Below are positions 1-14,626 of a DNA stretch of 64,000 nucleotides, in pieces (positions within the stretch are counted from its first letter, which is position 1; each line of letters opens with the position of its first letter). The notes below the pieces were generated by a model, which was not told the DNA's origin, did no database searches, and saw only the letters and a list, made by a program, of their open reading frames with translations. The translations under genes were made by a program, and so were the position numbers. Source of the DNA: Ptychodera flava (taxonomy: Eukaryota); contig NC_091939.1 in NCBI RefSeq assembly GCF_041260155.1, positions 23,835,744 to 23,899,743 of the forward strand. The letters are read 5' to 3'.

Positions 1-106
1 AAAACTTCTTTCATCAAGAATTTAAATTGAGCCCCCTAGTGGTACGTCAGAAGAGAATGGATAAGATTTGAAAGCCCGAATTTCTGTCCCCGAGGCGCGT
101 TCTACC
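1..106 (+). mobile_element. MITE family A, 3' part; the window begins inside the element.
   Basis: It ends ctgtccccgaggcgcgttctacc. Confidence 0.6.
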
Positions 107-2379
107 TTAAGCTTTTAAATCATGTTTTGTGAAAATTTCTTTCAGATTGATATCGGAAGAATCTCAGGATCCTACCATTGATATTCATCTGTTCATCCAA
201 AAAAATTATGACTTCCAACCAGTGACCATAGACGGATAAATTTTAGAGACAGACAGAGACACATGCAGACAGATAGACAGAGACATAGAGGGGGCACGAA
301 AAGGCATAACATTTGACAAAACAGGCTATGCCAAGTTATGACGAAATTGTCCATGGTCTGTGAGTAGACGGTATGGCGCCCTCTACTGGCAGATTAAAAT
401 TAAATTTTTCTTTGAAGAAGTACAGATAATTATGGGCTAGCTATCAGAGCTTATTTTGCCCCTTATGAAATATTATTCACCTGGCCAGTTTTCTCTATGG
501 TCGACCGATTACACACTGCAAGCCTCGAGACACATTAAACGATGTCATGGCGACAGGTTACTCTGGTCGACTAGTATAAACTTGCTAAAATGTCGCGGTT
601 GGTAACGGGATCTAGTAGCTATAGGACAGTGCTTCTTTTAATAACTGACCCGTCTCGGCAATTCCATATTTAAACTTTTTCTTATTACTTATTTGCTGCA
701 TATCAGCTCTATGCTTGGTTTTTATCACTAGCTAAATCCACTTTCCATCTACACCTGGCAAGGTCAAAAGTTCAATAGACGAGCATTCCCCATCCGCCCC
801 AGAAATAATCAGCTTAAATTGAGCACTCTCGCAGTGTATTCCAAGCTCCTCCAGGGGTTTGATTGAATACAAAAAAATATCTTAATGAAAAGTATGTTTT
901 GGCTTTACGTATTAACGAAACAGCAACAAAATTACACAAGGCTCGTCCTTTTATGATTTAATTATTGAAATTTTCTCCCCATTTTCTTTTCTTTTCTTTG
1001 ATATCATAGATGTTTTCTTTTGTATGTACAGATATTTTGCTATAATTACGTCAAAACAACTCACCTTACCTGCAAATCGTTCTCCTGTCCTGTCCTGCCA
1101 GGAGACTGGTGGTTGAAGGCAAAGTGCCACATGAACTTGCAGGCCCTAAAGCCTCGTTTGTAGGTTGCTTTATATTATCAACCTCGGTATGGTAAATGTA
1201 TTAAAATGTAATCTCGGTCGCAACATATCAAGAGATTCGAGATTTTTATGGAGTAGTTGCAACCCATCTAAAGAAACCTCACTGCCTAAGACTTCTGAAC
1301 AAAAATGCGCATTTCACCCTTACGACTATAAAGTGTTGTCAACACATAGCAGCGCAAACAAAAATGCCTATGGCGAACAACCACACTTATGGACTAGCTG
1401 CAATAATTTATAACCCTCGGGTCATGCAATGGTTTCTTTCGTGTTTACTTTCGTTGTGCCAGGGCCAAAAGGCTACGGTTATTGCAGATTGTTTAATTGG
1501 CAGGGGTGTACTTCCGACGTTTTCCTCTTTTTCTTAACTCTTTTTTTTCTGCTTTCAACGTCAGTAAAAAATACACGCATTAACCAAGACGGTTAAAAAC
1601 GAAAGGATGGAGACGCAAGACTGAAGAGGGCAGAAAACTAAGTTCGCTTTTATCACGATTGCCACAGCACTGAGCTGAGATGCAACTTTGTTCCCTCGTC
1701 TGTAGGTGAAGCAACGTAACCAAACTTAACAACGGGACGAGAAAGTCAGAGGTGGGTAGCCAGTAAGGTTATACACATAGTTCAGGTTTCCGTGTATCAG
1801 AGTGATGAATATTTTATATTTATTCATAATATTTCACCAATCAATTGCAATTCATTGCTTGATTTTTCCGTGGTTTGACAGCGTTTTTCAAAAGTTCTGA
1901 ATTCCCTGGCATGGAATCTAGCCCTGCTTCAAGAGTTTCTCCAAACCATAACATCAGCTTGAGCATCTGACTGAACTAATTTGCATTTTTATGACACCAT
2001 GTGATCAGTAATTGCCAATCAGGTACCTTATCATTTTAAATGTCACCATTGTTTACTTGAATTCCAACAAATTACCCAAAGCGTACAAACTGTTTTTGGC
2101 CAACTCTTGGACTGAAAGATCCGTTGCTTGAGGGCGCTCTCTACGTTCCCAACTCTCGATAGTGCTCTGGAGCGACGGATCTTTCAGTCTAGGCTCACTC
2201 CATGACTTGTAAGATTGTGCTGCTGAGGTAGCGTTTATCAATTGGAAATGACAAGATATATATAAGCATGTTATGATAATGATTATTTGTATTAAAAAAA
2301 TAATGCAAACTTCATGCATCCCTTGGTAAAGATGGCAGGGTACATGTTTATGGCAAAATGGCTTACAGTGTTTTGTGTA

Positions 2380-2772
2380 GAACCGTTGGCAATAGTGAAC
2401 TTGTCATATTGTCTAAATTGAGGAGTTGCCAACAATGTCATGTGCAGCTATCATCTACGCAGTAATATGAGTTGATTACATGGAAATGCACTCTGTGAGA
2501 GTTGAAATATTGTCTTGAAGGAGCTCATGTGTTGTCAAAACGACACACATCCACCATATCTGAAATGCTTCGGTCGCAAAAGAGCGCTGATTGTGCTGAC
2601 CTGGTGACATTGTTTTTACTGCATCTGGCCTCTTTCAATACAATGTTCCAACTTTTGCAGAGTTGATTTCTTTGTTATTGACTGATATTAGCGCCTAGAT
2701 GATAGTCACACTTGACAGCGTTGGCTGCTCCTCAATTTAGACAGTATGTCTAGTTCTCATATTGCCAACGGT
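2380..2772. repeat. Candidate MITE of about 390 bp with about 55-bp TIRs (gaaccgttggcaatagtgaacttgtcatattgtctaaattgaggag...).
   Basis: 2380-2435 is the reverse complement of 2715-2772. Confidence 0.5.
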
Positions 2773-3138
2773 TCAACGCAAACCATTGTAATCCCAACAA
2801 GGTCATGGTAATAGATGCTTTACATTTAATTTAGTCTTTAATACACACATAACTACCATTGTAGTTAATTTGGTTATCAAGTTATCAATTTACTGAGGTG
2901 CAGGTGATATTAAACAGCCCGCCTTACAGTTTTGTCTGAAACTGATTCATTGAGTTTTCTGCATTTCCATTCTGTTGTTGAATTCCTTTGAAAACAATTT
3001 TTTTGTAAATTCTGGGGCCACTGTGCAGCTCTTACATTGGGTAAACCAGCTAGGCTCTATCATAAACACACTTGGTGCACAGCTGGTCGCAAACTGCAGT
3101 AAAACTGCAGTACACCACTAAAACTGTGTGGACAAATT

Positions 3139-3144
3139 TTTATT
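3139..3144 (-). promoter_or_regulatory. DPH1: Candidate DPH1 poly(A) signal (AATAAA on the minus strand), about 200 nt downstream of the stop codon.
   Basis: The plus strand reads TTTATT here. It is the only canonical hexamer in the first about 200 nt after the stop. Confidence 0.3.
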
Positions 3145-3350
3145 TGCACAAACGCGAAATAAACTTGTAAGGAACAGAGAGACTGGGGGAAAAGAGAGAC
3201 TTGTGGCAGCTACTTTCTCTTTCACATCATTTGTCACGGTATTTGTCATGGTATTTGTCCTGGATGATTGACATTTAGAAAATGACAACTGCTCAGCTCA
3301 ACACTTTGCCACACAGTTTTGAATCTCAAGTTGTGTACGCTGGTTTGAAA

Positions 3351-3668
3351 TCAATAGGTATCACTGCATTTTTCTGACTTTTCCTTTTCAAGTCTTTTCT
3401 CACAGGAACACCCCTCTTTACACGGAGACACATCCCTCCCTGAAAGCTTGGATATTTCCTCCGCAGTGCCAACAGATGCACTGTCAGCTGACTTCTCTAC
3501 CCGGGAATCAGCACTGGAAGTTAATTTCACAGCTCTGTCTTTAGTCCTCCTCGGCCTGACGGGCCGATGCCGTTCATTATTCACTGTCCAGGGCCCGAGT
3601 GAGTCATTTGCATAGAAATCCATGGGATAGGTCGATTGCCAGTCTATCTGTTGTAAAGCAACAGATGC
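3351..3668 (-). CDS. DPH1: DPH1 exon 12 (last), encoding [34 protein letters not shown]...[23 protein letters not shown] followed by the stop codon.
   Basis: This matches human [32 protein letters not shown]. The acceptor is ttctctctctctttaatag|GCA in phase 0. The stop TGA is at 3353-3351 on the minus strand. Confidence 0.88.
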   Translation of the reverse strand, partial: ASVALQQIDWQSTYPMDFYANDSLGPWTVNNERHRPVRPRRTKDRAVKLTSSADSRVEKSADSASVGTAEEISKLSGRDVSPCKEGCSCEKRLEKEKSEKCSDTY

Positions 3669-4087
3669 CTATTAAAGAGAGAGAGAAAAAAAAGAAATGT
3701 GACTGAGATTTGAGTGCCAGACTTGATGATAAAGTAGTACTGACACCAGCTGTCAGTATTTCATAACCCACTTTAGTTAGTTTGCACCTCCTTGATTCCA
3801 TTGAGATGGAAGAACATGAATACTGTTGAAATGGGGCGTCAAGGTTAAAAAGGTCCACAGGTCCCAAACTTCTTACCCTTAGGTATCTGCACTCAGGCCT
3901 ATTCATTGAAAACACTTGAACTACAGAAAATTATGGCCAGGTGGGTGTTACGTGAACCTGTCTCTCTCCAGTTAATTTGATGTGACAAAGTCATTCAATG
4001 GCATCATCTTTGCTTGTGCTTTGACACTGTGCTCATACTTGCAGCAAAGAAAGCAATACTTTCTGAGAGTAAATTGATTTGAAGTAA

Positions 4088-6718
4088 TATGCGTCTCGAA
4101 AGTGAGACTTAAACTTTTGCTCAAACTTTTTTCTATGAAACTTTCAACCATTCTCTTACCAAATCAAGATTAAAAATCGGGGGTCACCTGGCAAAGTTTT
4201 GTACCAGAGACAGGCTCGAAAATTCTCGCCGCCCGACGCCCGTGACAAGTGAATTTTGAGTCCGGGCAAGTGAAAACAACATTCTCCCAGCCCGACGGAC
4301 AAGTGAATTTCAATGAGGCCACTGTACATACGCGCTGCCACTCTCTAGTTGTTTGAGTGTACCGCTTTCGATATGGCCGGCCGATAAAATAGCTCTGTTC
4401 TGCTTGGCTACAAAATGGCAAAATATTGACGTCTTTGCACGCTCTTATGTTTTTTTTCTTCTCATGAAATCATGTCACGGTGTCTCCTCAACAGAAAACT
4501 ACAGCTTACAATAAAATGTTGTAGGGTGTTGAAACAATTTACCCTCCTTCCTACAAAGTTACAATGTATTGAAACACTTTACTCTCCTTTCTACAAAGTT
4601 ACAAATTCCCTGGTACGTGAAGCAAACATTGTTGCTGTTCGATACTGCAATCAGGTCCCTCAGTCCCTCATGGACGGACCGTGCTACAATACATCATGGA
4701 CGTGTAACGACCATGAATACACTGAGGCTTGGCTTTGCCTCTGGGAGTCCCGCGTACCGGTCGTCCTTTTTAGTCAAAGTTCTACCTACTTTGCTTGAAT
4801 CAAAATTTGGCCTGCAATTACTCAGTTTGATAGTAAAATCCATTATTTCAAAGGAAACTTTCACAAACAGAGTCAGAATACAAGGGAAAAGGAGAAAAAC
4901 TTGAGGTTTTCTGAAAGGTCAAATCTGGGTCATCTTATGTGATGTCAGGAATGAAAACCCCTTAAGTACACAATTATGGTTCAAAAGAAACCACCAGGAA
5001 GGTCTAATAGGTACAATCTTATGATAAAAGGTAATTTCTTGGTGCTTTCCAATTTAATGGCATTTAGCTTGACTGTCAGTTTAAATTAAATTTTATTAAC
5101 AGTTATGGCAAAGGGAAATTGTCAACAGTAGTTGCAGTAAGCATATCCATTTCAAATCATCACATTAATATTTCTGCAGATTCCTCCAGTTTAATGATGT
5201 AATAGTGAACATCACTAGACATTTCTTGATGATATCAAAATATCAAATGAAAATGTTCCTGGGCTACAATGTTATCATTATCATTAAAACTATTATTACT
5301 CTTTAAAACATTGGGAAATGAATTGAACAATATCATTGTGTCTTGTTTTAAAGGATTTTGACCTGACCCTTTTTGTCTCAAGAAAAATACTGATGCTGAA
5401 GATGCTATTGAGCCTGCTTGATCACAACTATGACACAACACCACAATACTTGTATCTACACTATCGCTATGCTACCAAATGCTTTCTTCTGCATGGAAAA
5501 TTTGTATGTGCGTGGCTAACAAAACCACATAGGGAACTTGTCGTGTATGTATGATAAGTTGTCATACTGTGAACACTGACTCAATGCTGCAGAAGTATTC
5601 TGTATCTGTGGTAATATACACTTCACATTGCTACCTGATTTTTAGAATTGCCACCTAATTATTTCTTGTGGCAAAAGTTTACCACTAGAAATGAAAAAGT
5701 ATTTCAATCCCTTCAATGTCATAAAAAACACAGATAATTAATGTAATAAAAACTAAACAAATATTTCTTTAATGTAAAAACTATCATGAAGAACATACAA
5801 AACATCTTGATTTGTAAATTAGGAACTCCTGAATGCCGAGAAAGCTGTTGCTGCACTTGAGATCATAAACTATTTAAAAGTTGCTCAAAGTGGCCACAAG
5901 ATTTTTGATTTGGCTAATGAGTTGGCTAATCATTTTGGTGACTTGGGGAAACCCTGCAGTTTATGCACATACCACGTGGTAGCAGTAAACTAAATGATAC
6001 TGAAAGTTTCACATGGGCACAATTTGACACAACACCGGTGGCCTATTATATACTTACCCTACGTGCACCTACCTGACTTGCCTATTTAACACAAGGTACC
6101 AGGTCATGATGACACACAATGACAATGTACCGGTGTTGTTTTATTGAAATACATTACATGTCCCCCCAAAATTTAATTTGTCCGGTCCCAATTAAGACCT
6201 ACTATGGGCTACTGTGTCCCCATGCTAGCAAAAGCTGGCTGAAACACTGTGCATGTATACGTTACATAAGATATTATTTTTGATACACAGAATAAGGACA
6301 AAAATTTATCAGTAAGTTACAGCTACTGTTCTTTACAATGACATGAATAAAACAATACATATTTACTCCTTAAATCATCTGAATTCAGGGCAAGTGAATT
6401 TTTCTTCCGGACAAGTGAAACTGAAAATTCACTTGCCCTGTGGCAAGTGAATTTTTAAAAAATTTTCGAGCCCTGAGAGAAACGGATTACATACACTTGA
6501 CATTTATTGATACATTGTATTTGAAATTCAAAATGCCCACTATCCCCGTGTTAACTCCACAGGGAAAAATAAAATTTTTGAATTTTGAAAATATTAGACA
6601 ATGAGTTTTTTATTTCTCAAGGGGCTTTTGGATGAGCCCCAACCAGTGGTAGATCAAAAAAGAATTGTAAAAATCTGAGTTTAAATATTTGCCATTGAGG
6701 CGCATTCTACACCTTTGG
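4088..6718 (+). mobile_element. Composite element: a MITE-A 5' half (4088-4207) and a MITE-A 3' half (6500-6718) in colinear orientation, separated by 2.3 kb with inverted caagtgaattt-rich subterminal repeats (4210-4320 versus 6378-6480).
   Basis: The halves match the corresponding halves of the full copies. The inner blocks are reverse complements of each other. There is no long ORF inside, so it is not obviously autonomous. Confidence 0.45.
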
Positions 6719-7272
6719 TGGAGTTTACATGGAGAAAAGTGCTGAGAAACTCCCAAACATCAACAATTTATCCAGGAATATATCAGAGAGGGCTATTTGC
6801 AAATGATGCCACTGTTTTCTCATTTATTTATGATAATGAATATTTGTCAGCAAATCTGGATAACACTTTTGGAAATCACACATTAAAGAACCACAAAAAT
6901 GTAAATTTATAAAAGTGACTGCTTATGTTACAATGTACACTGAAAGACGTGTTAACGGCTCAGACCGCAGGCTGCAACCACACCTACAAAATCTGTCTGC
7001 ATTTCAAGCAGGGGTGTCCAATGTCTAATGTGTGCAGCTGTATTTAGTTACAAACCTGTGACCACGAACACTGCTATTGCTCACTCTGTTAAATTCAAAT
7101 TATACAGCCAAATATTTTCTTGTTCAGTAGAAAATAGTTTTTAGACATTGGCTAGGTGAATAAATAAACTGTTTAAAAATCGCAAAAACAATGCAGTTGT
7201 TGGCAGAGTGTCAGAGGCAGTAAGTGAAATTAAGTGAAACAATTTCAAAATATGATAAGAAATTTTACTCAC

Positions 7273-7351
7273 TTCATACGGCGTTAATAATGGCTTTTCG
7301 AATGCTGCACCCCAATCAATAGAGAGACGTGGGCAAGCTACTTGTATCCAC
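7273..7351 (-). CDS. DPH1: DPH1 exon 11, encoding (A)[26 protein letters not shown].
   Basis: This matches human [27 protein letters not shown], including the third cysteine motif QVACP. The acceptor is ttctgtttttgtag|G and the donor is TATGAA|gtgagt. Confidence 0.92.
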
Positions 7352-10229
7352 CTACAAAAACAGAAGACAGGGAATCTTACATATATCATGGTACAAGTTG
7401 TGCAATGACCTCTTTTGAATACCCTCTACTTGAAGACACTCTTGAGACACTTGATGAAGATGGAAGAGTTAAGTGATATAATTGACTGTCAGGCTTAATT
7501 GCTGTCACGCTCATTTGGACTGTTACATGTACTGCCATTATTGACACTAAAAGAAATGCACTTTGACTTATGCTTGTCTATTCAGTTCACAATAAATGAC
7601 ACCAATCAACAAGACTACCATATGGTCCTTATCTCTTTTCCTTTCAGGACCTGCTGTTCACAAGAGACTAGAGTACAATGTCTTGGAAACTCAACAGGAA
7701 ACAGTCGTCGGAACTGCGCCTGTGCGAGTTTCTTGTTTAACAAACAATGTATATCGTGCATGATACTAGATGCACCTCATCATCATAGCTGCAACATTTA
7801 AATTACACGATGTAGATTATGACAGACATGTTTTAACTTTCATCAATCACCATCGTACCTTGGATACAGTGTTTACATCGGGTGTATGGGTCCCATACGA
7901 CCTTTAAGCACAGTTCCGACAACTGTATCCCTTTAAAGTATGCACCTTGAAAGTGTAAGACTTAGACTTACACCAAAGCTTTCCTCTATAAAGCTGTCAA
8001 CCGTTCTCTTACCAATTCAAAAATAACAAGTCACTGACAATGACATAGTCCCCACTTGTAATTGGGAATCTGTCAGTAGAAGTAACTAAATTGAAGTTGA
8101 TACAATGCGCATGAAAAAGAGAAATGAGGGTACCTGTCTCTGACTGACGGCCAGATTGGATTGGATTGTAAACAAGTAGACATTAGTATAAATGGCATAG
8201 GGTTATGTCCTTTGACCAAGTTAAACAGAAATAGGTTTGTCATGTTCTGGCTCTTGAAATGTCAAAATTCAACTAATCACCAAAAAAGTGGTCCACGCAT
8301 GTCTGTGTAATGGCTCTTGACATAAAAAATCAGAAGGTCAAATGTGAACCAAAAATGCTCAAGTGTTCATGACAGAAGAGGCTTACAATAATTAGTCATT
8401 GATACTGCTAAATGTCTTTCTTGATTGTTAAATCTTTGTATGATAAACATCTGCAGGAAGTTTCATCAGATTTATTAGTGCAGTCATTCAGGATATAGAT
8501 CTTTAATTACGAACATTCTTTTCCCGCTTAGAGGCCAAACTTTACTTCAGAAACAATGGGGTTGGTCCATACCATGATCACGTGGTGAAAATGTAAAGCC
8601 AATCTTGGTTGCCACCCTATTACAAAAGGTCATTAAGGTAGTGACTCAGTTTGGTTGACACATATTTTCAATCAAAAGTTTCACATAGAAAACAGGGTCT
8701 CACACCCAACATGTGGTACATTTTCTAATAGGTCTATATTTGAAAAGGTAAAAATTTTGTTTAGTTGTCAAAACATGCATTGGTATGTTTGTTTAAGTCA
8801 AAAACATGTGATTTTGAATTTTTTCACTTAAAAGAGTATAAGTAAGAATTGGCAGCACCCCTAAGTGATCTGTTAACGGCACTAGACAGCTGGATATACA
8901 GGGGGAAAAACCGTGTTTTGGATTTTTGAAATTCGCTTTTGTTTCTGCACAGTGAGCCTTCGAAGTGTGAACTGTCGGATTTTCGCATAAATTATCGGCT
9001 TTTGTTCACGTTTGTCAAGTTATCGTCACTTCAGGGGGTTTATCAAAAATCTAAGACACGGTTTTTCAGGTCTATTCATGAAGTGTTAGCATGCGAAGAA
9101 TCAGGGAAATCCGCCCACGCGTCGCCGACTTACACTCATTTGAAGGTGCGGATACATAGCAAAAATCGGAACTGAGAAAATCGACGATTTGTGTAAACGT
9201 CCCATTTTTCACACAAAATCGCCGAAAAAAGTCGGATTTTTGTGCGTTTCAAAAAAAATTATTCGATCTGGGTCTAGGTTAAATATTGGGCATCAGGTTA
9301 GAGAATTTCTGACAAGTCCTAAACATTAGTTCGCCTAAAAATGATGAAAATTGTGCTTAGAAACGTGAGGCTGGTCAGCGTAAGCGGTGGGTACTATTTA
9401 CACGATAAACACTAGAGAGATAATTCAGGGCATAATCTGTTTGTCAAATACGTATCTAGCTTATAATTATATTAACTGTACACTGTTTGGTAACGGTTAG
9501 AGTCTGGTTACAAGACGAGAAAAGTTTAAAAAAATCATACAGCCGGAATGGTTTACAGGTCTGCGTTCTGCCGACGACGCGCGCTCGCTCTCTCGCTAGC
9601 GCTCGACTTCCGGTCTCACAGCCCGTAATTTATGCACGTACCAAGTGTGAAATGGTTGCCCAGTTCATTTTAGTGCCGATTTTTGTGCCTATAGTACAAG
9701 ACGTCACTTGCTTGCTTGCTTGCTTTCGGAGATGAGACGACCAACTCTCAATGCTCTAAAAAATTCTGTAGTTGAGAAGTTCAAGGAATGCGGGAAAGTC
9801 GCACTTGTTTTTGTGGTTTTCACATGTGATCTGCTGCAATCCTTTTGCTCACCATAAAAAATGACCGGGTTTTCGTGCGCTATTTCGCTTTCCACTGTCT
9901 ATTTTTTACATCCATGCACTGTGACATGTACTATTATGGCCTCGGGTATAGTATGAAGCCAAAATCAACTTCAGTTACACGTAAAAGCGATTCTTCATGA
10001 CTTAAAATAAACGACTGAGGCGATACTCGACAGATTCACTCATTGTAAAATTGAAACGGCGACATATCGCGACACCCAGCGACACTCTCTTGACCACAAA
10101 TAGAAATTGACAGGCAACGATCGTGAAGCGACGTTTCACGTACGTTGCTGTGCTCTAGACCGACATAACAGTGTCGGATTGACAAATTGGACAAACCATG
10201 CTTCCTACATCCATGGACAACTAATCCAA

Positions 10230-10640
10230 CATGCGCAAAACTAAGTCCAAGACAGGTGCAGCCAACGGAGCTATTCATCGAAAAAGCTATTCCAGGAGCA
10301 ATTTTGAGGGCAGGGGAAATTTTAATTTTGCTAGGGCAGGGGACATGTTTTTAGGTGGTAGGGGAGCAAATTTTAGTTTGTTTTGTAGGGCAGGGCGGAT
10401 ATCGGTTGATTGTCCTGGGGACAGGGCTTGGCGAAAAATTTTTGAGGGGAATTGTTTCCAGGGCAGGGGAAATTGGCAATTTTTTTTTCGCCACAGGGCG
10501 AGGGAGCTTCAAAAATTCACAGTGGGAAGGGGAAACAGGCAAAAATAAGTGGGGAGTGGGTAAAAATGAAGTTTGAGAGTGGGAGAGTAAGTCGAAAAAT
10601 TTTCTGTGGGAGGGCAAATTATGAACAGCTAATTATTACC
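10230..10640 (+). repeat. G-rich degenerate tandem repeat (GGGCAGGGGAAATTTT-like units of about 30 bp), prone to forming G-quadruplexes.
   Basis: The motifs gggcagggg, gggcagggcgg and gggagggcaa recur at spacings of about 25-35 bp. Confidence 0.6.
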
Positions 10641-11837
10641 CTCTTGACTTAAATTTAGTCAGTTCACATTATTTGTCATGCACAATGTATCTTATCATAG
10701 TAAGGACCTTTTTCAAACTGCATTGTTCGTTGGCTGCACCTGTCCAAGATATGGGCTGCTGTTATAGAACCATATTTTCCAGTGAAGATAAATAGATTCT
10801 CTTTGGACGGCAGTGTAATCATGGATGTAAAAAAATAAAAATAAAAAAATGTTTTCCTCCTCGATGAGCCGCTTATCTATTTTTTACATCCATGGTGTAA
10901 TCTATAGCCCGGCGTACGATGCTATGTTTTCCGCTACAGCTAATCGCCTCGCTCACCACATGGATACTATTTTTTACATCCATGCTCACCACAACCCTGC
11001 AAAGACCCGTACGTAGGGTCGGTGACTTCAAATCCATTTGGGACTTGACGTAAAAAGCCAAATTACTGTCGAAATTCGGCGTTCTTGGGCCCAAGTCGTA
11101 TCCCTGCCGACCTCAGCTACTCGATCGCTTCCAAAAATGCCAGTCTTTTATTCACTTTTCGTAAATAACCGTCGATGTCAGCAACTCTCTTGCTAGCCCT
11201 GTGTACGATGCTGTGTGTTAGCTGTAGCGGCCAACACACAACATCGCGTCCATCAGCTTTCCATTTTGCTTCTTCGGCCCCCGTTTGCGTTTTCTACACT
11301 GCTTATACTGCCGGCAGTCATCAGCCATGTTGGATAGCGTCTCTTATGAAGACGTGCGCGCATGCGCAACATCGTGCGTAAAAATTTACATAATCTCCTC
11401 AAGGTATAACGATAACGCTGACAGTAATCCGGACCGTTAAAACAAAAAGAAAATAATAACTCGCGCAGTGGTTAGAAGGCCGTGTTTTCACTAAATTTAA
11501 GACATTTTCCAGTACAATGTTACCTCACAGTTTTCTCTAATAAAAAGATCATATTTCAGGGGTTCAGAATATGAAATAATCACAAAATCGCTAAATTTAC
11601 AAAGGAACCCAGTCACTACCTTAATAAGTCAATTAGTTATTAATCGTCAGGATGTTGCTAAACGTTTTTGCACCTTATTATAACACTGACAGATTATCAC
11701 CTGTACCAAAGTACACAAGGACGGATGGATTGAACCTAAACCATAAGTCCCCTGGACTTTGTCTGCAGGGACTAAAAATTAAGGGTCATCATACAAAGTG
11801 TGGAACTAGAGAAACCCATTGCCTAACATATATCAAT

Positions 11838-12037
11838 ATTTGAAATTAAAAATGGCCACCATCACTGTGTTAACTCTATGGGAAAAATAAAATTTCAACT
11901 TTTGACAAAATAAGACAATGAAACAATGAAATTTTTGTTTATTCCAAGAGTTTTAAAATGAGCCCCCCATAAGTAGTAAATCAGAAAATATTTGTAAAAA
12001 TTTGAGACTCAAAATATCTGTCCCTGAGCAGAGTGCG
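11838..12037 (+). mobile_element. MITE family A, 3' half (5'-truncated).
   Basis: It runs from aaaatggccaccatcactgtgttaactctatgggaaaaataaaattt to ctgtccctgagcagagtgcg. Confidence 0.6.
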
Positions 12038-14626
12038 AAATCAAGAAAAAATAGCTTCAGGTCATAAGGACGTTCACCAAGCCAAAGCTACAGGTCCTTA
12101 CAGAAAACTGCTGGCCATTACTAAATGCAGTTGTTACCAACCTCTATTACTATTAAAGTCAACCCTCTCTCCATCAATACTATGCTTTTGAATGTTGTAT
12201 GGAAATATATATTAAATCCTTTTAAACATACGGCAAAGAGATTGGAACTAATCCTTAATTCTCCATGTCCTTTTATCAATAGAGTCAGCAAGTATTCACT
12301 CCAAAGGAATATCATTTACATAGATTGCAGATAGAGTAGGTGGATGATCATGACTCATCCATCTACATTATCTGCAATCTCAAAAAGATCACAGCCCTCA
12401 TCATCCTCACTAATTGAAGTTTGAAGCACATGATTCATAGTCAGAAACACATCAGGGGTGAGCAAATCATTTTTTGAGTCACTAGCCCCCGGGCTAGTAG
12501 CCAAAACTATTTACTAGCCTAGCCACAGTCTCCACTAGCCTGTCAGTGACTTGTTGAGTTTTTTAAAGTTCATGGTTTCACTGCCTGCTCACAAACTGCA
12601 AAATCACAGTCCCTCTTTGTGTGGTGGAACTGCGGCAAAATGTACGGAAAAAATTGCGGTTGACATGAAGATTTTTTCCTCAATTAACAAAACTTGTGAA
12701 CCCAAAAATATAGCAAGATACCAATCAGTTCTTTTTAGTGTAGAGCATGACCATTCTTTAGAGGGCGATGCTCGCCAGAACGGTGCTCAAGGTCGCTACT
12801 GACCCCTATGACCAATATAAACACTGTATCAAAGCTATGCTGGCGATTGATGAAAGTTAAAATATGTTTGTCTTAGTGTACATGGTAAAATTTAAATGTT
12901 GCAGCTATTTTGACATGATGCATCTATATATAGTGCATGCATTACGTTGTTTGTAAACAAGAAAGTTGCAGATGTGCAGTTCCGATGACCACTTCCCTTT
13001 AAGCATATATGATATGACTGCACTGTGATACTTTTGTGATTCTGTTCAAGGGATTTCCTACTGTACTGTGATACCTTTGTGATTCCCTACCACGTCCATG
13101 TGAATAGCTCGGTAACCTCAATGACCCTATGCATGAGAAGAATTCAGTTCCTTGATACCCATGTAATAATTGCGGAAATGAAAGAAATTACAACAAAACA
13201 CATTAAATAGCATTGCATGCACATGCTTCCAAGTGATGTCGATCGCGATGTCCGATGGTAGTTGACTTTTCGATCCTCAAAGTGTTTTATGAAAAGTATT
13301 GCAAGACTATTTGTTGAAAAGGGGTGAGCGAATATCAGGAAGGTTTACAAATTCATAACGTTTGATAAGATTGCCTTGGCTTATTGATGAAAGAAAGCAA
13401 TAAAGGATAACAAAATAATGTAGGCCAGAAGTTCAAGTGACCGAACTGCAAGCACAGCCAAACTTTTTTGCAGTATTTTTAATCCTCTGTCCCCCTTCCC
13501 TAATAGAAGAGTCCTTTTGATGTCATATTTGGCATGCCAGCCTAGCTGACTCAACTCCGCGACAGATGTTTATTTTTCTGTCTTGACACAAGTGATTTCA
13601 TCTTTCATAGAAAGGTCCAAATGTGTTTTTTATTCAAGAATTTCACCAGTGACTACAAAGAATTTACTACCATATTGTTTTTTATTTTGATCTTTGAAAG
13701 GTCTGTGTTTTTACATCCTACAAAGGCTTTTACTGCATAGTGCATAAAATGGATCCACATCATTTGAATTTTTACATAGACGCTTGACGTTTTAGTGCAT
13801 AACTTTTGTCTCTTTTTTCAAATTAAATTCAAGCTGTAATTTCTCAGAACTGCAGTTTTCTTCATTCAAGTATTGCACACGTTCTTTAAATTTGAACCTG
13901 GTTGAAGAATTGTGTTCACTTTGCCCTTAGGCAATTCGGGTTCTCTATGTCGTTTGATGCCGATTCACTCCGATGCTCTCCTAATTTACGCAAGCCCATC
14001 AGAAAAGTAAACACCAAAAATACACCATTACTTGCCCTGCAGTAAAAACTACTAGTGGATTTGCTCACCCCTGTCAGATTCATAGACATCGTCTGCATTA
14101 GAACCTGTTACAGGTCTTGATGGAGAAATTTTCATCATTTATTCCAAATTCTAGTCAGTCACAAGGACCAACATGTTGCTAATCTTTCGGCCCGACCAGA
14201 AATCTGTTGGTCATTGACCGTCGGACGTACTGACGTTAATTCCGCACACTGTCCCTAAGGCGCATTCTACCCAAGACAAGGACATCAGATTGGAGCGTGT
14301 TAGTACATACATCCATGAACTAAACTTGTTTTTTGATGTGATGCCGTATGGTAGCCTTATCAAATTAAGGGAGGAGAGCTTCTTTATCCTACATGAAGAA
14401 GACCCCAGGTATAGGGCAACCAAAATAGATCCTGTCTCAAATATAGGAATACAAATTTTTAAAAATCTAAATAGGTAAACAAGCTTTGGGGAAAAAGAAT
14501 ACACACCAGACGTTAAGTATGTTAGCCAGTTTCACCCTTTCCCTGGGATTTTTATACTTGGCGTCCTGTCATCAGTGTGTTAGAGTGTCCTCTATGGCAC
14601 AACTTTTGAAAGTGATTTGTACTTAC

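Noticed and set aside
11838-12037. The caaaatggccgcc motif inside the MITEs, considered as a tRNA-derived SINE head.
   Set aside because: No cloverleaf or A and B boxes could be seen, and the elements have terminal inverted repeats. They were classed as MITEs rather than SINEs.
14100-14180. Minus-strand peptide MMKISPSRPVTGSNADDVYESDR, considered as a DPH1 exon.
   Set aside because: The resemblance to EIFPSKLSLLPEVDV is by chance, and the phase is incompatible with the WIQVACP exon acceptor.
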